Positions 9,212-17,024 of a stretch of DNA of 24,000 nucleotides are shown here, piece by piece (the first letter of the stretch is position 1; each line of letters opens with the position of its first letter). Source of the DNA: Pseudomonadota bacterium (GTDB taxonomy: Bacteria; Pseudomonadota; Gammaproteobacteria; Burkholderiales; Sulfuriferulaceae); NCBI GenBank assembly GCA_021845925.1, contig JAJZUW010000005.1, positions 42,232 through 66,231 on the forward strand. The letters run 5' to 3'. Below the pieces are notes generated by a model. That model searched no databases and had not been told where the DNA came from. It was given only the letters and a program-made list of their open reading frames with translations. The position numbers were made by a program, and so were the translations under genes.

Positions 9212-9607
9212 ATGGATGATGAATTGATGCGGGTGGGCGTTGCGTTGCAGCCTTTCGTGCATTTGCAGCTGGTGATGGTGTTTGGTTCGGTTGTCAGCGG
9301 GCGTGCCAGGCCGGATAGCGATATTGACATTGCCGTACAGAGCGCGAAGATGCTGGATGCCTCTACTTTGCTACAAATGATGGATGCGGTGGCAGTGGCA
9401 GTCGGCCGTACTGTGGATATGGTGGATTTGCGGTGCGCAGGTGAGCCATTGCTCGGCGAAATTTTGCGCAGTGGCAAACGGGTGTTTGGCAGTTCCGCTG
9501 TTGTGGGCGACCTGATGTTTCGTCATGCCGTTAATGCAGAGGATTTTGTTCCGTTACAGAATCGGATGCTCAACGAAAGAATCGGTGCATGGACAAAACA
9601 GTCGTGA
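9212..9607 (+). CDS. mntA: minimal nucleotidyltransferase antitoxin (MntA, type VII TA)
   Basis: A GGAG SD (9202-9205) lies 6 nt upstream of ATG 9212. Alternative starts are ATG 9206 and TTG 9179. The motif GSVVSGRARPDSDID equals GSX10DXD (nt 9284-9328). The gene's 3' end overlaps the downstream HEPN gene by 19 nt. Confidence 0.8.
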   Translation: MDDELMRVGVALQPFVHLQLVMVFGSVVSGRARPDSDIDIAVQSAKMLDASTLLQMMDAVAVAVGRTVDMVDLRCAGEPLLGEILRSGKRVFGSSAVVGDLMFRHAVNAEDFVPLQNRMLNERIGAWTKQS

Positions 9608-10017
9608 TTCGAAAGCTGGATTCTTTGCATCGTTGTCTTGACCGGGTGCGCAGTCATTGTGGTGCCAGCGCAGAAGCACTGATTGGTGATCCGGATGCGC
9701 AGGATATTGTCTCGCTCAATCTGACTCGGGCAATCCAGATATGTGTGGATATTGCCCTGCACTGGTTGAGTGAAAAAAGCAGCGTAGCGGTTCCCGTCAC
9801 GATGAGTGGCGCCTTTGATGCTCTTGAGATGCATGGGTGGCTATCGGCGGAGGTTGTGCAGTCCATGAAAAAAGCAGTTGGGTTTCGCAACGTTGCAGTG
9901 CATGCATATGAAAACGTGAACTGGCGAATCGTGCACGATGTTTGCAGCCGGCGGCTCGTTGATTTTGAGATTTTCGCGCAGCAGGTCATTGCGGCTCTGG
10001 ATTTGCTGGACCGTTGA
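9589..10017 (+). CDS. hepT: HEPN-domain (DUF86) RNase toxin HepT
   Basis: 142-aa ORF. The motif RNVAVHAY equals RX4HXY (R100 at nt 9886-9888, H105, Y107 at 9907-9909). Size and helical character fit DUF86. It is genetically coupled to the upstream MNT gene. Confidence 0.85.
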   Translation: MDKTVVIRKLDSLHRCLDRVRSHCGASAEALIGDPDAQDIVSLNLTRAIQICVDIALHWLSEKSSVAVPVTMSGAFDALEMHGWLSAEVVQSMKKAVGFRNVAVHAYENVNWRIVHDVCSRRLVDFEIFAQQVIAALDLLDR

Positions 10018-10077
10018 GAGCTGGATATGTCCCATGGATGAATTTTGTAGCGGCACGTGAAGATGGGCATTGAAGGC

Positions 10078-11028
10078 ATGATGTTGACATGGTTGCTGGC
10101 GGTATTTTGCGTCAGCGCGCTGGCGGTGTGGCTGTTATCCGGTCCGTTGGCCGGCCTGGCCATGGATACGCCCAATCACCGTTCGTTGCATGCGCGCGCG
10201 GTTCCGCGTACCGGCGGACTGGGCATCATGTTTGCCGTTCTGGGCGGCTGGTGGTTAAGCGGGCTGGTCTTGCCGGCGCCACTGTTCTGGGGAGCGCTGG
10301 TGCTGGTGCTGGTCTCGTTTGCGGACGACCGGCTGGATCTGCCGGCTGGCGTGCGCTTTGCCGTGCATCTGGCGGTGGCTGGCTGGCTGGCCTGGCGGCT
10401 GGGTTTTGCCGGTGGCTGGCTGGTGCTGGCGGTGCTGGCCACTGGCTGGATGACCAATCTGTACAATTTCATGGATGGCGCGGATGGGCTGGCCGGTGGC
10501 ATGGCCCTGTGGGGCTTTGGCAGTTATGCGGTGGCGTTCTGGCAGGCTGGCGAAAGTGGCATGGCGCTGGCGACGGCCATGGTGGCGTTGGCGGCTGTCG
10601 GATTTTTGCTGTTCAATTTTCCGCCGGCCAGGGTGTTCATGGGGGATGGCGGCTCGGTGCCGCTGGGGTTCCTGGCGGCCGGATTCGGCTTGATTGGCAT
10701 CCAGTATGCAGTCTGGCCGGCGTGGTTTCCCTGGCTGGTTTTCGCGCCGTTTGTGGTGGATGCCAGCGTGACACTGATCCGGCGCGCACTGCGTGGCGAC
10801 AAAGTCTGGCAGGCGCATCGCGAGCATTATTACCAGCGTCTGATCCGCATGGGCTGGAGCCATCGCCGCATGGCTCTGGTGGCATGGGCGTTGATGGCAT
10901 CGGCCGGCATGGTGGGGTTGTGGTCGTTGCGTCACACCGTCTGGCCGGTGATGGCGTGGGCGCTGACGCTGACAGGGCTGATGGTGGCGGCAGACCGGCG
11001 CTGGCGGCAGTTTCTGTCAAACGGCTGA
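10078..11028 (+). CDS. undecaprenyl-phosphate HexNAc-1-phosphate transferase (MraY/WecA/WbpL family, GT4 polyprenyl-phosphate transferase)
   Basis: A polytopic membrane protein with motifs NLYNFMDGADGLAGG and FNFPPARVFMGDGGSVPLGF. The start is chosen so that the N-terminus MMLTWLLAVF.. is colinear with WbpL as recalled. Alternative in-frame starts are GTG 10057, ATG 10063 and ATG 10081. Confidence 0.85.
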   Translation: MMLTWLLAVFCVSALAVWLLSGPLAGLAMDTPNHRSLHARAVPRTGGLGIMFAVLGGWWLSGLVLPAPLFWGALVLVLVSFADDRLDLPAGVRFAVHLAVAGWLAWRLGFAGGWLVLAVLATGWMTNLYNFMDGADGLAGGMALWGFGSYAVAFWQAGESGMALATAMVALAAVGFLLFNFPPARVFMGDGGSVPLGFLAAGFGLIGIQYAVWPAWFPWLVFAPFVVDASVTLIRRALRGDKVWQAHREHYYQRLIRMGWSHRRMALVAWALMASAGMVGLWSLRHTVWPVMAWALTLTGLMVAADRRWRQFLSNG

Positions 11029-11088
11029 GTTCGTTTTGCTGCCCAGACATGGTGCAGAATGCGTTATAGTGAGGGTCCCTCGTGATCG

Positions 11089-13233
11089 ATGCATGATTTG
11101 ACAGCCATGGACCGTTACTCACCACCTGTTTTCTTGCGCAGCCCCGATCTGTCCGTGATGGATGCCAATATTTTGCGGCAGACCTTGCGCGCTTATTTTC
11201 ACGAAACCTTTTCCCGTTATGAGCAGCTGTTCGAAGTGCTGGCCTGTGATGAAGCCTGGTACCACAAACCGATATCGCTGCGTCATCCGCTGATTTTCTA
11301 TTTTGGCCATACGGCCACATTTTTCGTCAACAAGCTGGTCGTGGCCGGGCTGGTCACACGTCGCATCAATCCTGCCTTTGAATCCATGTTCGCCATCGGT
11401 GTGGATGAAATGAGCTGGGATGACCTCGACGAATCCCATTATGACTGGCCCACCGTTGCTGCGGTGCAGGCATACCGCGACCAGGTGCGGGCGATGGTGG
11501 ACGAAGTACTGGCGCACGCGCCGGCTGCGTTGCCACTCGACTGGAACCACCCATGGTGGGCCATCGTCATGGGCATCGAGCACGAACGCATCCATCTGGA
11601 AACTTCTTCCGTGCTCATCCGTCAGCAACGGCTGGAATGGGTCAAGCCGCATCCGGCCTGGCCGGTCTGCCGCGACACAGGCCAGCCACCGGAAGACGAA
11701 CTGGTGCCGGTTCCGGCCGGCAAGGTCGCGTTGGGCAAGCCACGCCACGATCCATTTTATGGTTGGGACAACGAATACGGCGAACACGAAGCTGATGTGC
11801 CAGCCTTTGCCGCCAGTCGTTATCTGGTGAGCAATGCTCAGTTTGCGGCTTTTGTCGAAGATGGGGGGTATCAGAACGATGCCTGGTGGACCGAAGAAGG
11901 TCTGGCCTGGCGCCGGTTTGTCGGTGCGCGACACCCGGAATTCTGGCGCGAAGATGCACAGGGCTGGAAACTGCGCCTGATGACCGAAGTCGTTGACATG
12001 CCGTGGGACTGGCCGGTGGAGGTGAACTATCACGAAGCCAAGGCCTGGTGCAACTGGCGGGCGGCAGGCACCGGTGAGCCGGTGCGCTTGCCAACCGAAG
12101 ACGAATGGTACCGGATTTATGCCGAAGCCGGGCTGACTGAACTGCCGGATCATGCCAGTGCCCAGGCCAATCTTCATCTGGACTGGTGGGCGTCGTCCTG
12201 TCCGGTAACGCGCTTTGCACAGGGAAACTTTTACGATGTGACCGGTAATGTCTGGCAGTGGACCGAAACGCCAATCTACCCGTTCGACGGTTTTGAAGTG
12301 CATCCGTATTATGACGATTTCACCGTGCCTACTTTCGATGGCCGGCACAATCTGATGAAGGGCGGTTCCTGGATTTCGTGTGGCAATGAGGCGCGTCGCG
12401 AGGCCCGCTATGCATTTCGCCGTCATTTTTTCCAGCATGCCGGATTCCGTTATGTGGTGAGTGCCGTACTGCCAGAAAACCCGAACCTGTATTACGAGAG
12501 CGACCGTCAGTTATCTGAATACGCCGAGTTTCACTATGGCGATACCTACTTCGGCGTGGCCAATTTTCCGCGGGAAATGGCAAGAATTGCCCTGACAGCC
12601 ATGCAGGGCAAGCCCAGACGACGGGCGCTGGATCTTGGCTGCGCGGTTGGTCGGGCCACATTTGAGCTGGCACGCGAGTTTGACCATGTCACCGGTATCG
12701 ATTTTTCAGCGCGTTTTATCAACCTGGGCGTGGCACTGGCAGCCAGCGGCAGCATTCGCTACAGCCTGGTGGATGAGGGCGAGCTGATGAGTTACTACCA
12801 GCGCGATCTGGCCAGTCTTGGTCTGGACCAGACGCGCAGCCGAGTTGAATTCATGCAGGGCGATGCCTGCAACCTGAAAGATCATTACACAGACTATGAC
12901 CTGATTCTGGCAGCCAACCTGATCGACCGGCTGTATCGTCCATTGCAGTTTCTGCAGGATGTCCATCGGCGCATTGTGCCTGGCGGCCTGCTGGTGATCG
13001 CCACACCGTGGACCTGGCTGGAATCGCACACCGACCGTGAAAACTGGCTGGGCGGGTTCAAGCGCAATGGCGAGAACGTCACCGGTCTGGATGGATTGAA
13101 GGCCGCACTGGCTGGTCATTTCCGTCTGCTTTCCGAACCGCGTGAGGTGCCGTTCGTCATTCGCGAAACCCGGCGCAAGTTCCAGCACACCTTGTCCCAG
13201 GTAACGGTTTGGGAGCGTCTGGCGGATGTTTGA
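11089..13233 (+). CDS. ovoA: OvoA-like 5-histidylcysteine sulfoxide synthase fused to a SAM methyltransferase (ovothiol biosynthesis)
   Basis: The 714-aa ORF has the three-domain OvoA architecture. The DinB-like N-terminus carries His (YFGHTATF, nt 11308-11310) and an HX3HXE iron motif (HERIHLE, nt 11581-11601). The central FGE-sulfatase-like domain contains GNVWQWTE and GGSW. The C-terminal class-I SAM methyltransferase carries motif I LDLGCAVGR (nt 12628-12654). An alternative start is ATG 11107. Confidence 0.85.
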   Translation: MHDLTAMDRYSPPVFLRSPDLSVMDANILRQTLRAYFHETFSRYEQLFEVLACDEAWYHKPISLRHPLIFYFGHTATFFVNKLVVAGLVTRRINPAFESMFAIGVDEMSWDDLDESHYDWPTVAAVQAYRDQVRAMVDEVLAHAPAALPLDWNHPWWAIVMGIEHERIHLETSSVLIRQQRLEWVKPHPAWPVCRDTGQPPEDELVPVPAGKVALGKPRHDPFYGWDNEYGEHEADVPAFAASRYLVSNAQFAAFVEDGGYQNDAWWTEEGLAWRRFVGARHPEFWREDAQGWKLRLMTEVVDMPWDWPVEVNYHEAKAWCNWRAAGTGEPVRLPTEDEWYRIYAEAGLTELPDHASAQANLHLDWWASSCPVTRFAQGNFYDVTGNVWQWTETPIYPFDGFEVHPYYDDFTVPTFDGRHNLMKGGSWISCGNEARREARYAFRRHFFQHAGFRYVVSAVLPENPNLYYESDRQLSEYAEFHYGDTYFGVANFPREMARIALTAMQGKPRRRALDLGCAVGRATFELAREFDHVTGIDFSARFINLGVALAASGSIRYSLVDEGELMSYYQRDLASLGLDQTRSRVEFMQGDACNLKDHYTDYDLILAANLIDRLYRPLQFLQDVHRRIVPGGLLVIATPWTWLESHTDRENWLGGFKRNGENVTGLDGLKAALAGHFRLLSEPREVPFVIRETRRKFQHTLSQVTVWERLADV

Positions 13234-14419
13234 TTTCGACTGTCCGGTTGAGCGTCGTCATACCGATAGCGAAAAATGGGATGGCTGCGCAACACGGTTC
13301 GGACGGTCCGGTCTGGTGCCGCTCTGGGTAGCCGACATGGATTTTTCCGCACCGCCCGCGGTGGTGCAGGCGCTGGTCGAGCGAGCCAGACATCCTGTTT
13401 ATGGCTATACGATGGTCAACGACGATGTACTGCACAGCCTGATCGACTGGCTGCAGGCGCGGTTTGACTGGCAGCCTGCGCCGCGGCACATTGTGCTCGC
13501 GCCCGGCGTGGTGCCATCCATTCATGCCGCTGTACAGGCATATACCTTGCCCGGTGATGGCGTGATTGTGCAGACACCGGTTTACGCGCCTTTCATGCAG
13601 GCCGTGCGTACGCTGGGGCGCAGCATACTGGAAAATCCGCTGATCCTGCGTGAAACGGCAGGTCGCCTGCATTACGAAATGGATCTGGCAGGTCTGGAAC
13701 AACTTGCCCGGCAAGGAGCGCGGATGTTGCTGTTGTGTTCGCCGCACAATCCGGTCGGGCGCGTCTGGCGCGAAGACGAACTGCGCGATGTGCTGGTGAT
13801 TGCCCGGCGCTACGGTCTGGTGGTGTTTGCCGACGAGATTCATGCCGATCTGGTGTATCCCGGAGAGCGGCAGATTCCGCTGGCAACACTGGCCAGCGAA
13901 GATGATCAGTTGCTCACGGCAGTGGCGCCCAGCAAGACATTCAATCTGCCTGGACTTGGCCTGTCGGCGGTGATCGCGAGTGACCCTTTGCTGCAGGAAA
14001 AATTTCGCCATGTGCTGACAGGCTGGCACTGGTCTGCCGGCAACCCGTTCAGCCTCACCGGCTGGATGGCAGCTTACCGGCACGGAGCCGCATGGCTGGA
14101 TGCCTTGCTGGTGTATCTGCAACGCAATCGCGATGATGCGGCGGCAGCCATTGTCGAACAATGGCCCGGCGTGCGGCCGGTGCTGCCACAGGGTACCGTG
14201 CTGATGTGGCTGGATTGCCGGCAGCTTGGCATGGATGATGCCGCCCTGCAACACTGGTTTGTCCATCATTGCGGCCTGGCACTCAGTCCGGGGATTCTGT
14301 TTGGCGCCCCTGGTCGTGGATTCATGCGGCTGAATCTGGCCACGCCCCGCCAACGACTGCTTCAGGCAATCGAGCAGTGTGGTCGTGTCGCGTTTCCTTC
14401 TTTCCGGCAGGGTTGTTGA
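13226..14419 (+). CDS. PLP-dependent C-S beta-lyase (MalY/PatB class I/II aminotransferase fold); candidate OvoB
   Basis: ATG 13226 overlaps the ovoA stop (13231-13233) by 8 nt. The N-terminus FDFDCPVERRHTDSEKWD is typical of MalY/PatB lyases. The PLP-lysine motif is APSKTFNLPGLG (K at nt 13934-13936). 397 aa. Confidence 0.8.
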   Translation: MFDFDCPVERRHTDSEKWDGCATRFGRSGLVPLWVADMDFSAPPAVVQALVERARHPVYGYTMVNDDVLHSLIDWLQARFDWQPAPRHIVLAPGVVPSIHAAVQAYTLPGDGVIVQTPVYAPFMQAVRTLGRSILENPLILRETAGRLHYEMDLAGLEQLARQGARMLLLCSPHNPVGRVWREDELRDVLVIARRYGLVVFADEIHADLVYPGERQIPLATLASEDDQLLTAVAPSKTFNLPGLGLSAVIASDPLLQEKFRHVLTGWHWSAGNPFSLTGWMAAYRHGAAWLDALLVYLQRNRDDAAAAIVEQWPGVRPVLPQGTVLMWLDCRQLGMDDAALQHWFVHHCGLALSPGILFGAPGRGFMRLNLATPRQRLLQAIEQCGRVAFPSFRQGC

Positions 14420-14430
14420 TCCGGATCAAC
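14415..14430. promoter_or_regulatory. perfect 16-bp palindrome GTTGATCCGGATCAAC (operator candidate or 6-bp-stem hairpin)
   Basis: The palindrome is read directly from the sequence. It overlaps the stop codon (14417-14419) of the C-S lyase gene and lies 4 nt upstream of a TACAAT -10-like hexamer (14435-14440). Confidence 0.4.
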
Positions 14431-14435
14431 CTGAT

Positions 14436-14456
14436 ACAATGTGCTGGCAGCATTGT
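14436..14456 (+). terminator. short hairpin downstream of the ovoA/lyase operon (weak terminator candidate)
   Basis: ACAATG (14436-14441) pairs with CATTGT (14451-14456) around a 9-nt loop. No clear U-tract follows, so confidence is low. Confidence 0.25.
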
Positions 14457-14512
14457 TCTAAATGTGAATCATTCTGGTGTTTCGTTGTTGTTATTTACAA
14501 TAAGGAGGCAAC

Positions 14513-15106
14513 ATGATTTCTGCAATCTTGAACAGCGTATTGCTTGTACTGGTGACAATAGGTACTGCCCTGGCAGCGCCGACCGATTACCAGATTTCCG
14601 GTGTCGGTTCCGGCACGCTTGGAAAAGCCGCATTTTCCAATGATTCATTCACTATTACCATGTTCGGTAATCCGACTGCGTCAGGTTCTACGTCAACCAG
14701 CATCGATCCACTCAACTATGCAAGCGTTTCGATCGACGGTCTGGGTACAACCAGCCTGCTGATACCAACGCGAATCGGCATTTGTCTGTCCTGTACAACG
14801 TCAGGCAACTTGCCGAATGTCGTGTATTTTTCCAGAACCGGGCTGTCAGGCGCCGATCTTTTTGATTTTTTAACCGCCCAATCTACTCTGGTTGCTCCTT
14901 TTTCGGTCAAGGGGGAAGATGTCTTTGCGTTGCACCAGTTCAAGGATGTGACCAGTTCATTGGGCAAGCTGTCGTTCGATTCGTCGACGGAGGTGCAGTT
15001 CAGCGCAACGGCGGTAGCGGAACCGTCGAGCGGTGCCATGTTGCTCGCCGGTTTGGGCGTGTTGGGCCTGATTGGCGGGTTCGGCAGGAAATCATCCCGC
15101 TGTTGA
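14513..15106 (+). CDS. secreted protein with PEP-CTERM-like sorting domain
   Basis: A strong AAGGAGG SD lies at 14502-14508. The N-terminal signal peptide is MISAILNSVLLVLVTIGTALA/AP. The C-terminus AVAEPSSGAMLLAGLGVLGLIGGFGRKSSRC has the order motif / hydrophobic helix / basic tail of PEP-CTERM, with a degenerate AEP in place of PEP. The body is Ser/Thr/Gly-rich with no family I recognise. Confidence 0.65.
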   Translation: MISAILNSVLLVLVTIGTALAAPTDYQISGVGSGTLGKAAFSNDSFTITMFGNPTASGSTSTSIDPLNYASVSIDGLGTTSLLIPTRIGICLSCTTSGNLPNVVYFSRTGLSGADLFDFLTAQSTLVAPFSVKGEDVFALHQFKDVTSSLGKLSFDSSTEVQFSATAVAEPSSGAMLLAGLGVLGLIGGFGRKSSRC

Positions 15107-15167
15107 GCCATACGCTGGGTTCCCTAAATTCGCTATAATGACACACCTTTGAACAACGGGAAGTGTC

Positions 15168-16274
15168 ATGTCTGGAAACACCCTGGGAACCCTGTTTTGC
15201 GTGACTTCGTTTGGCGAATCCCATGGTCCGGCCATCGGTTGCGTGATTGATGGCTGTCCGCCGGGAATGGCGCTCAGCGAAGCTGACATCCAGCACGACC
15301 TGGACCGGCGCAAGCCAGGCACTTCGCGTCACGTCACACAACGCCGTGAGGCAGATCAGGTGGAAATCCTGTCCGGCGTGTTTGAGGGCGTGACGACCGG
15401 CACGCCGATTGCTCTGCTGATTCGCAATGAAGACCAGCGCAGCAAGGATTACGGCAATCTGGCCGATACGTTTCGCCCCGGTCATGCCGATTACACCTAC
15501 TGGCGCAAGTACGGCGTGCGGGATTATCGTGGTGGCGGGCGTTCTTCTGCTCGGGAAACCGCAGTGCGGGTGGCAGCCGGAGCAGTGGCGCGCAAATGGC
15601 TTCACGAGCGTTACGGGGTGGTGATTCGCGGTTACATGTCACAACTCGGCCCACTGAGCATTCCGTTCACGGATTGGCACCATGTTGACGAAAACCCGTT
15701 TTTTGCACCGGATGCTGCGATTGTTCCGCAACTGGAACAGTTCATGGATGAATTGCGCCGGGCGGGAGATTCGGTTGGCGCACGCATCGAAGTGGTGGCC
15801 GAGAATGTTCCCGCTGGCTGGGGTGAACCGGTTTACGACCGGCTGGATGCCGAACTGGCCTATGCGCTGATGAGTATCAACGCGGTGAAAGGTGTTGAAA
15901 TCGGCGCCGGATTCGCCAGCATTGCCCAACGTGGCAGCGAACACGGCGATGAACTCACGCCGGACGGATTCGGGAGTAACCATGCCGGTGGCATTCTTGG
16001 CGGTATTTCAACCGGTCAGTCGATCACTGCCAGCATTGCCATCAAGCCAACCTCCAGCATCCGTATTCCAAGACGATCCATCAACCGCAGTGGCGAACCG
16101 GTACTGGTGGAAACCCACGGAAGACACGATCCCTGCGTGGGTATTCGCGCCACGCCAATTGCAGAAGCCATGACTGCACTGGTGCTGATTGACCATGCGT
16201 TGCGTCATCGCGCCCAGTGCGGTGATGTTGTTTTGCCTCAGGTCATGGCGAAACGAGACGCCTCAGAAAATTGA
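15168..16274 (+). CDS. aroC: chorismate synthase
   Basis: 368-aa ORF. The N-terminus [41 protein letters not shown], and [10 protein letters not shown] are classic AroC signatures. Confidence 0.95.
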   Translation: MSGNTLGTLFCVTSFGESHGPAIGCVIDGCPPGMALSEADIQHDLDRRKPGTSRHVTQRREADQVEILSGVFEGVTTGTPIALLIRNEDQRSKDYGNLADTFRPGHADYTYWRKYGVRDYRGGGRSSARETAVRVAAGAVARKWLHERYGVVIRGYMSQLGPLSIPFTDWHHVDENPFFAPDAAIVPQLEQFMDELRRAGDSVGARIEVVAENVPAGWGEPVYDRLDAELAYALMSINAVKGVEIGAGFASIAQRGSEHGDELTPDGFGSNHAGGILGGISTGQSITASIAIKPTSSIRIPRRSINRSGEPVLVETHGRHDPCVGIRATPIAEAMTALVLIDHALRHRAQCGDVVLPQVMAKRDASEN

Positions 16275-17016
16275 TACCATCCAGCAGCAGTTGTTGCAGG
16301 GGGCGTTGCAGGTAATCCAGCGAAAGCAGCATGGCGACAAACCCGATACCGATGGTCAGCGGAAACCCAATGCCGAACAGATTGAGTTGCGGTGCCGCGC
16401 GGGTGAGAATGCCCAAGGCAAGGTTGGCAATCAGCAATGTGGTAATGATCGGCAGGGAAAGCTGGACCCCGGCCGAAAAGATCGTACCGCCCCAGATGGC
16501 CGCCTGCCAGAAAACGCCCTGGTGTGGCCATTGCCCCACTGGCAGGCTGCGAAAGCTTTCCGCCAGTACCGTCAGCAGGGCCAGATGCCCGTTCAGTTGC
16601 AGAAAGCTCAATGTCATGAGGATGGCCAGCAACTGGTTGATGGCATTTGATTGCCCTCGCGTCTGCGGGTCATAGAAGCTTGCAAAGCCAAGTCCCATGG
16701 TCAGTCCCGACAGGCTGCCAGCCAGATCGACGGCCATGAATACCAGGTTCATCACAAATCCCATCGACATGCCAATCAGGATTTGCTGGGCCAGAATCAG
16801 CAATCCGGCTGGTGAAGATGGTTCCACAGCCGGCATCGCAGGCAGAACCGGCATCAGCAGGACGGTAATCGCCATGCCAAGCCCCACTTTTGCCGGAGCC
16901 GGAATGGTGGCTTGACCAAACAGGGGCGCTGTGCCCAGCAATCCGAGTACGCGCGCCAGTGGCCATATCAATCCGGCCAGCCAGGCGTACAGCTGCGTAT
17001 CGGTAAAGCTGATCAT
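16243..17016 (-). CDS. fliR: flagellar type III export apparatus protein FliR
   Basis: A 257-aa polytopic membrane ORF in the last position of the fliLMNOPQR order. The N-terminus [23 protein letters not shown] is FliR-like. Confidence 0.9.
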   Translation of the reverse strand: MISFTDTQLYAWLAGLIWPLARVLGLLGTAPLFGQATIPAPAKVGLGMAITVLLMPVLPAMPAVEPSSPAGLLILAQQILIGMSMGFVMNLVFMAVDLAGSLSGLTMGLGFASFYDPQTRGQSNAINQLLAILMTLSFLQLNGHLALLTVLAESFRSLPVGQWPHQGVFWQAAIWGGTIFSAGVQLSLPIITTLLIANLALGILTRAAPQLNLFGIGFPLTIGIGFVAMLLSLDYLQRPLQQLLLDGINFLRRLVSP

Positions 17017-17024
17017 CGTGATGT

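Noticed and set aside
8096-9262. The ORF track gives 5' extensions for several genes: SDR to 9262, fliQ to 17376, fliM to 20006, fliL to 20481, rfbH from 1421 and mntA from 9179.
   Set aside because: The extensions overlap upstream genes or lack family-like sequence. Internal ATGs with SD motifs give N-termini colinear with the respective families.
10290-10460. A dense run of GCTGG / CTGGTG motifs resembles Chi-like or repeat DNA.
   Set aside because: No exact E. coli Chi octamer was seen. The pattern is explained by codons for Leu/Ala/Gly/Trp-rich transmembrane helices of the WbpL-family protein (LAVAGWLAWRLGFAGGWLVLAVLATGW).
10089-11069. A long alternative-frame ORF (326 aa) lies on the same strand as the wbpL-like gene. 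Similar large shadow ORFs occur elsewhere: 10255-10935(-), 11119-12438(-), 13157-14353(-), 17733-18614(+), 20629-21507(+) and 21912-22676(+).
   Set aside because: All lie entirely inside genes with strong family signatures. Their translations are Arg/Gly/Ala/Pro/Gln/His-rich with no recognisable motifs, as expected for stop-poor alternative frames in GC-rich DNA.
11063-11073. An 11-bp palindrome GAGGGTCCCTC lies in the wbpL-ovoA spacer.
   Set aside because: It is too short and has an odd centre, so it cannot form a hairpin loop. No flanking promoter or terminator features were seen, and chance occurrence is plausible.
15134-15169. A perfect TATAAT (15134-15139) and the inverted repeat ATGACAC...GTGTCAT (15138-15144 / 15163-15169) lie upstream of and across the aroC start.
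   Set aside because: There is no credible -35 at 16-18 nt (TACGCT). A transcript from that -10 would not include the left arm of the repeat. The right arm is simply the start-codon context.
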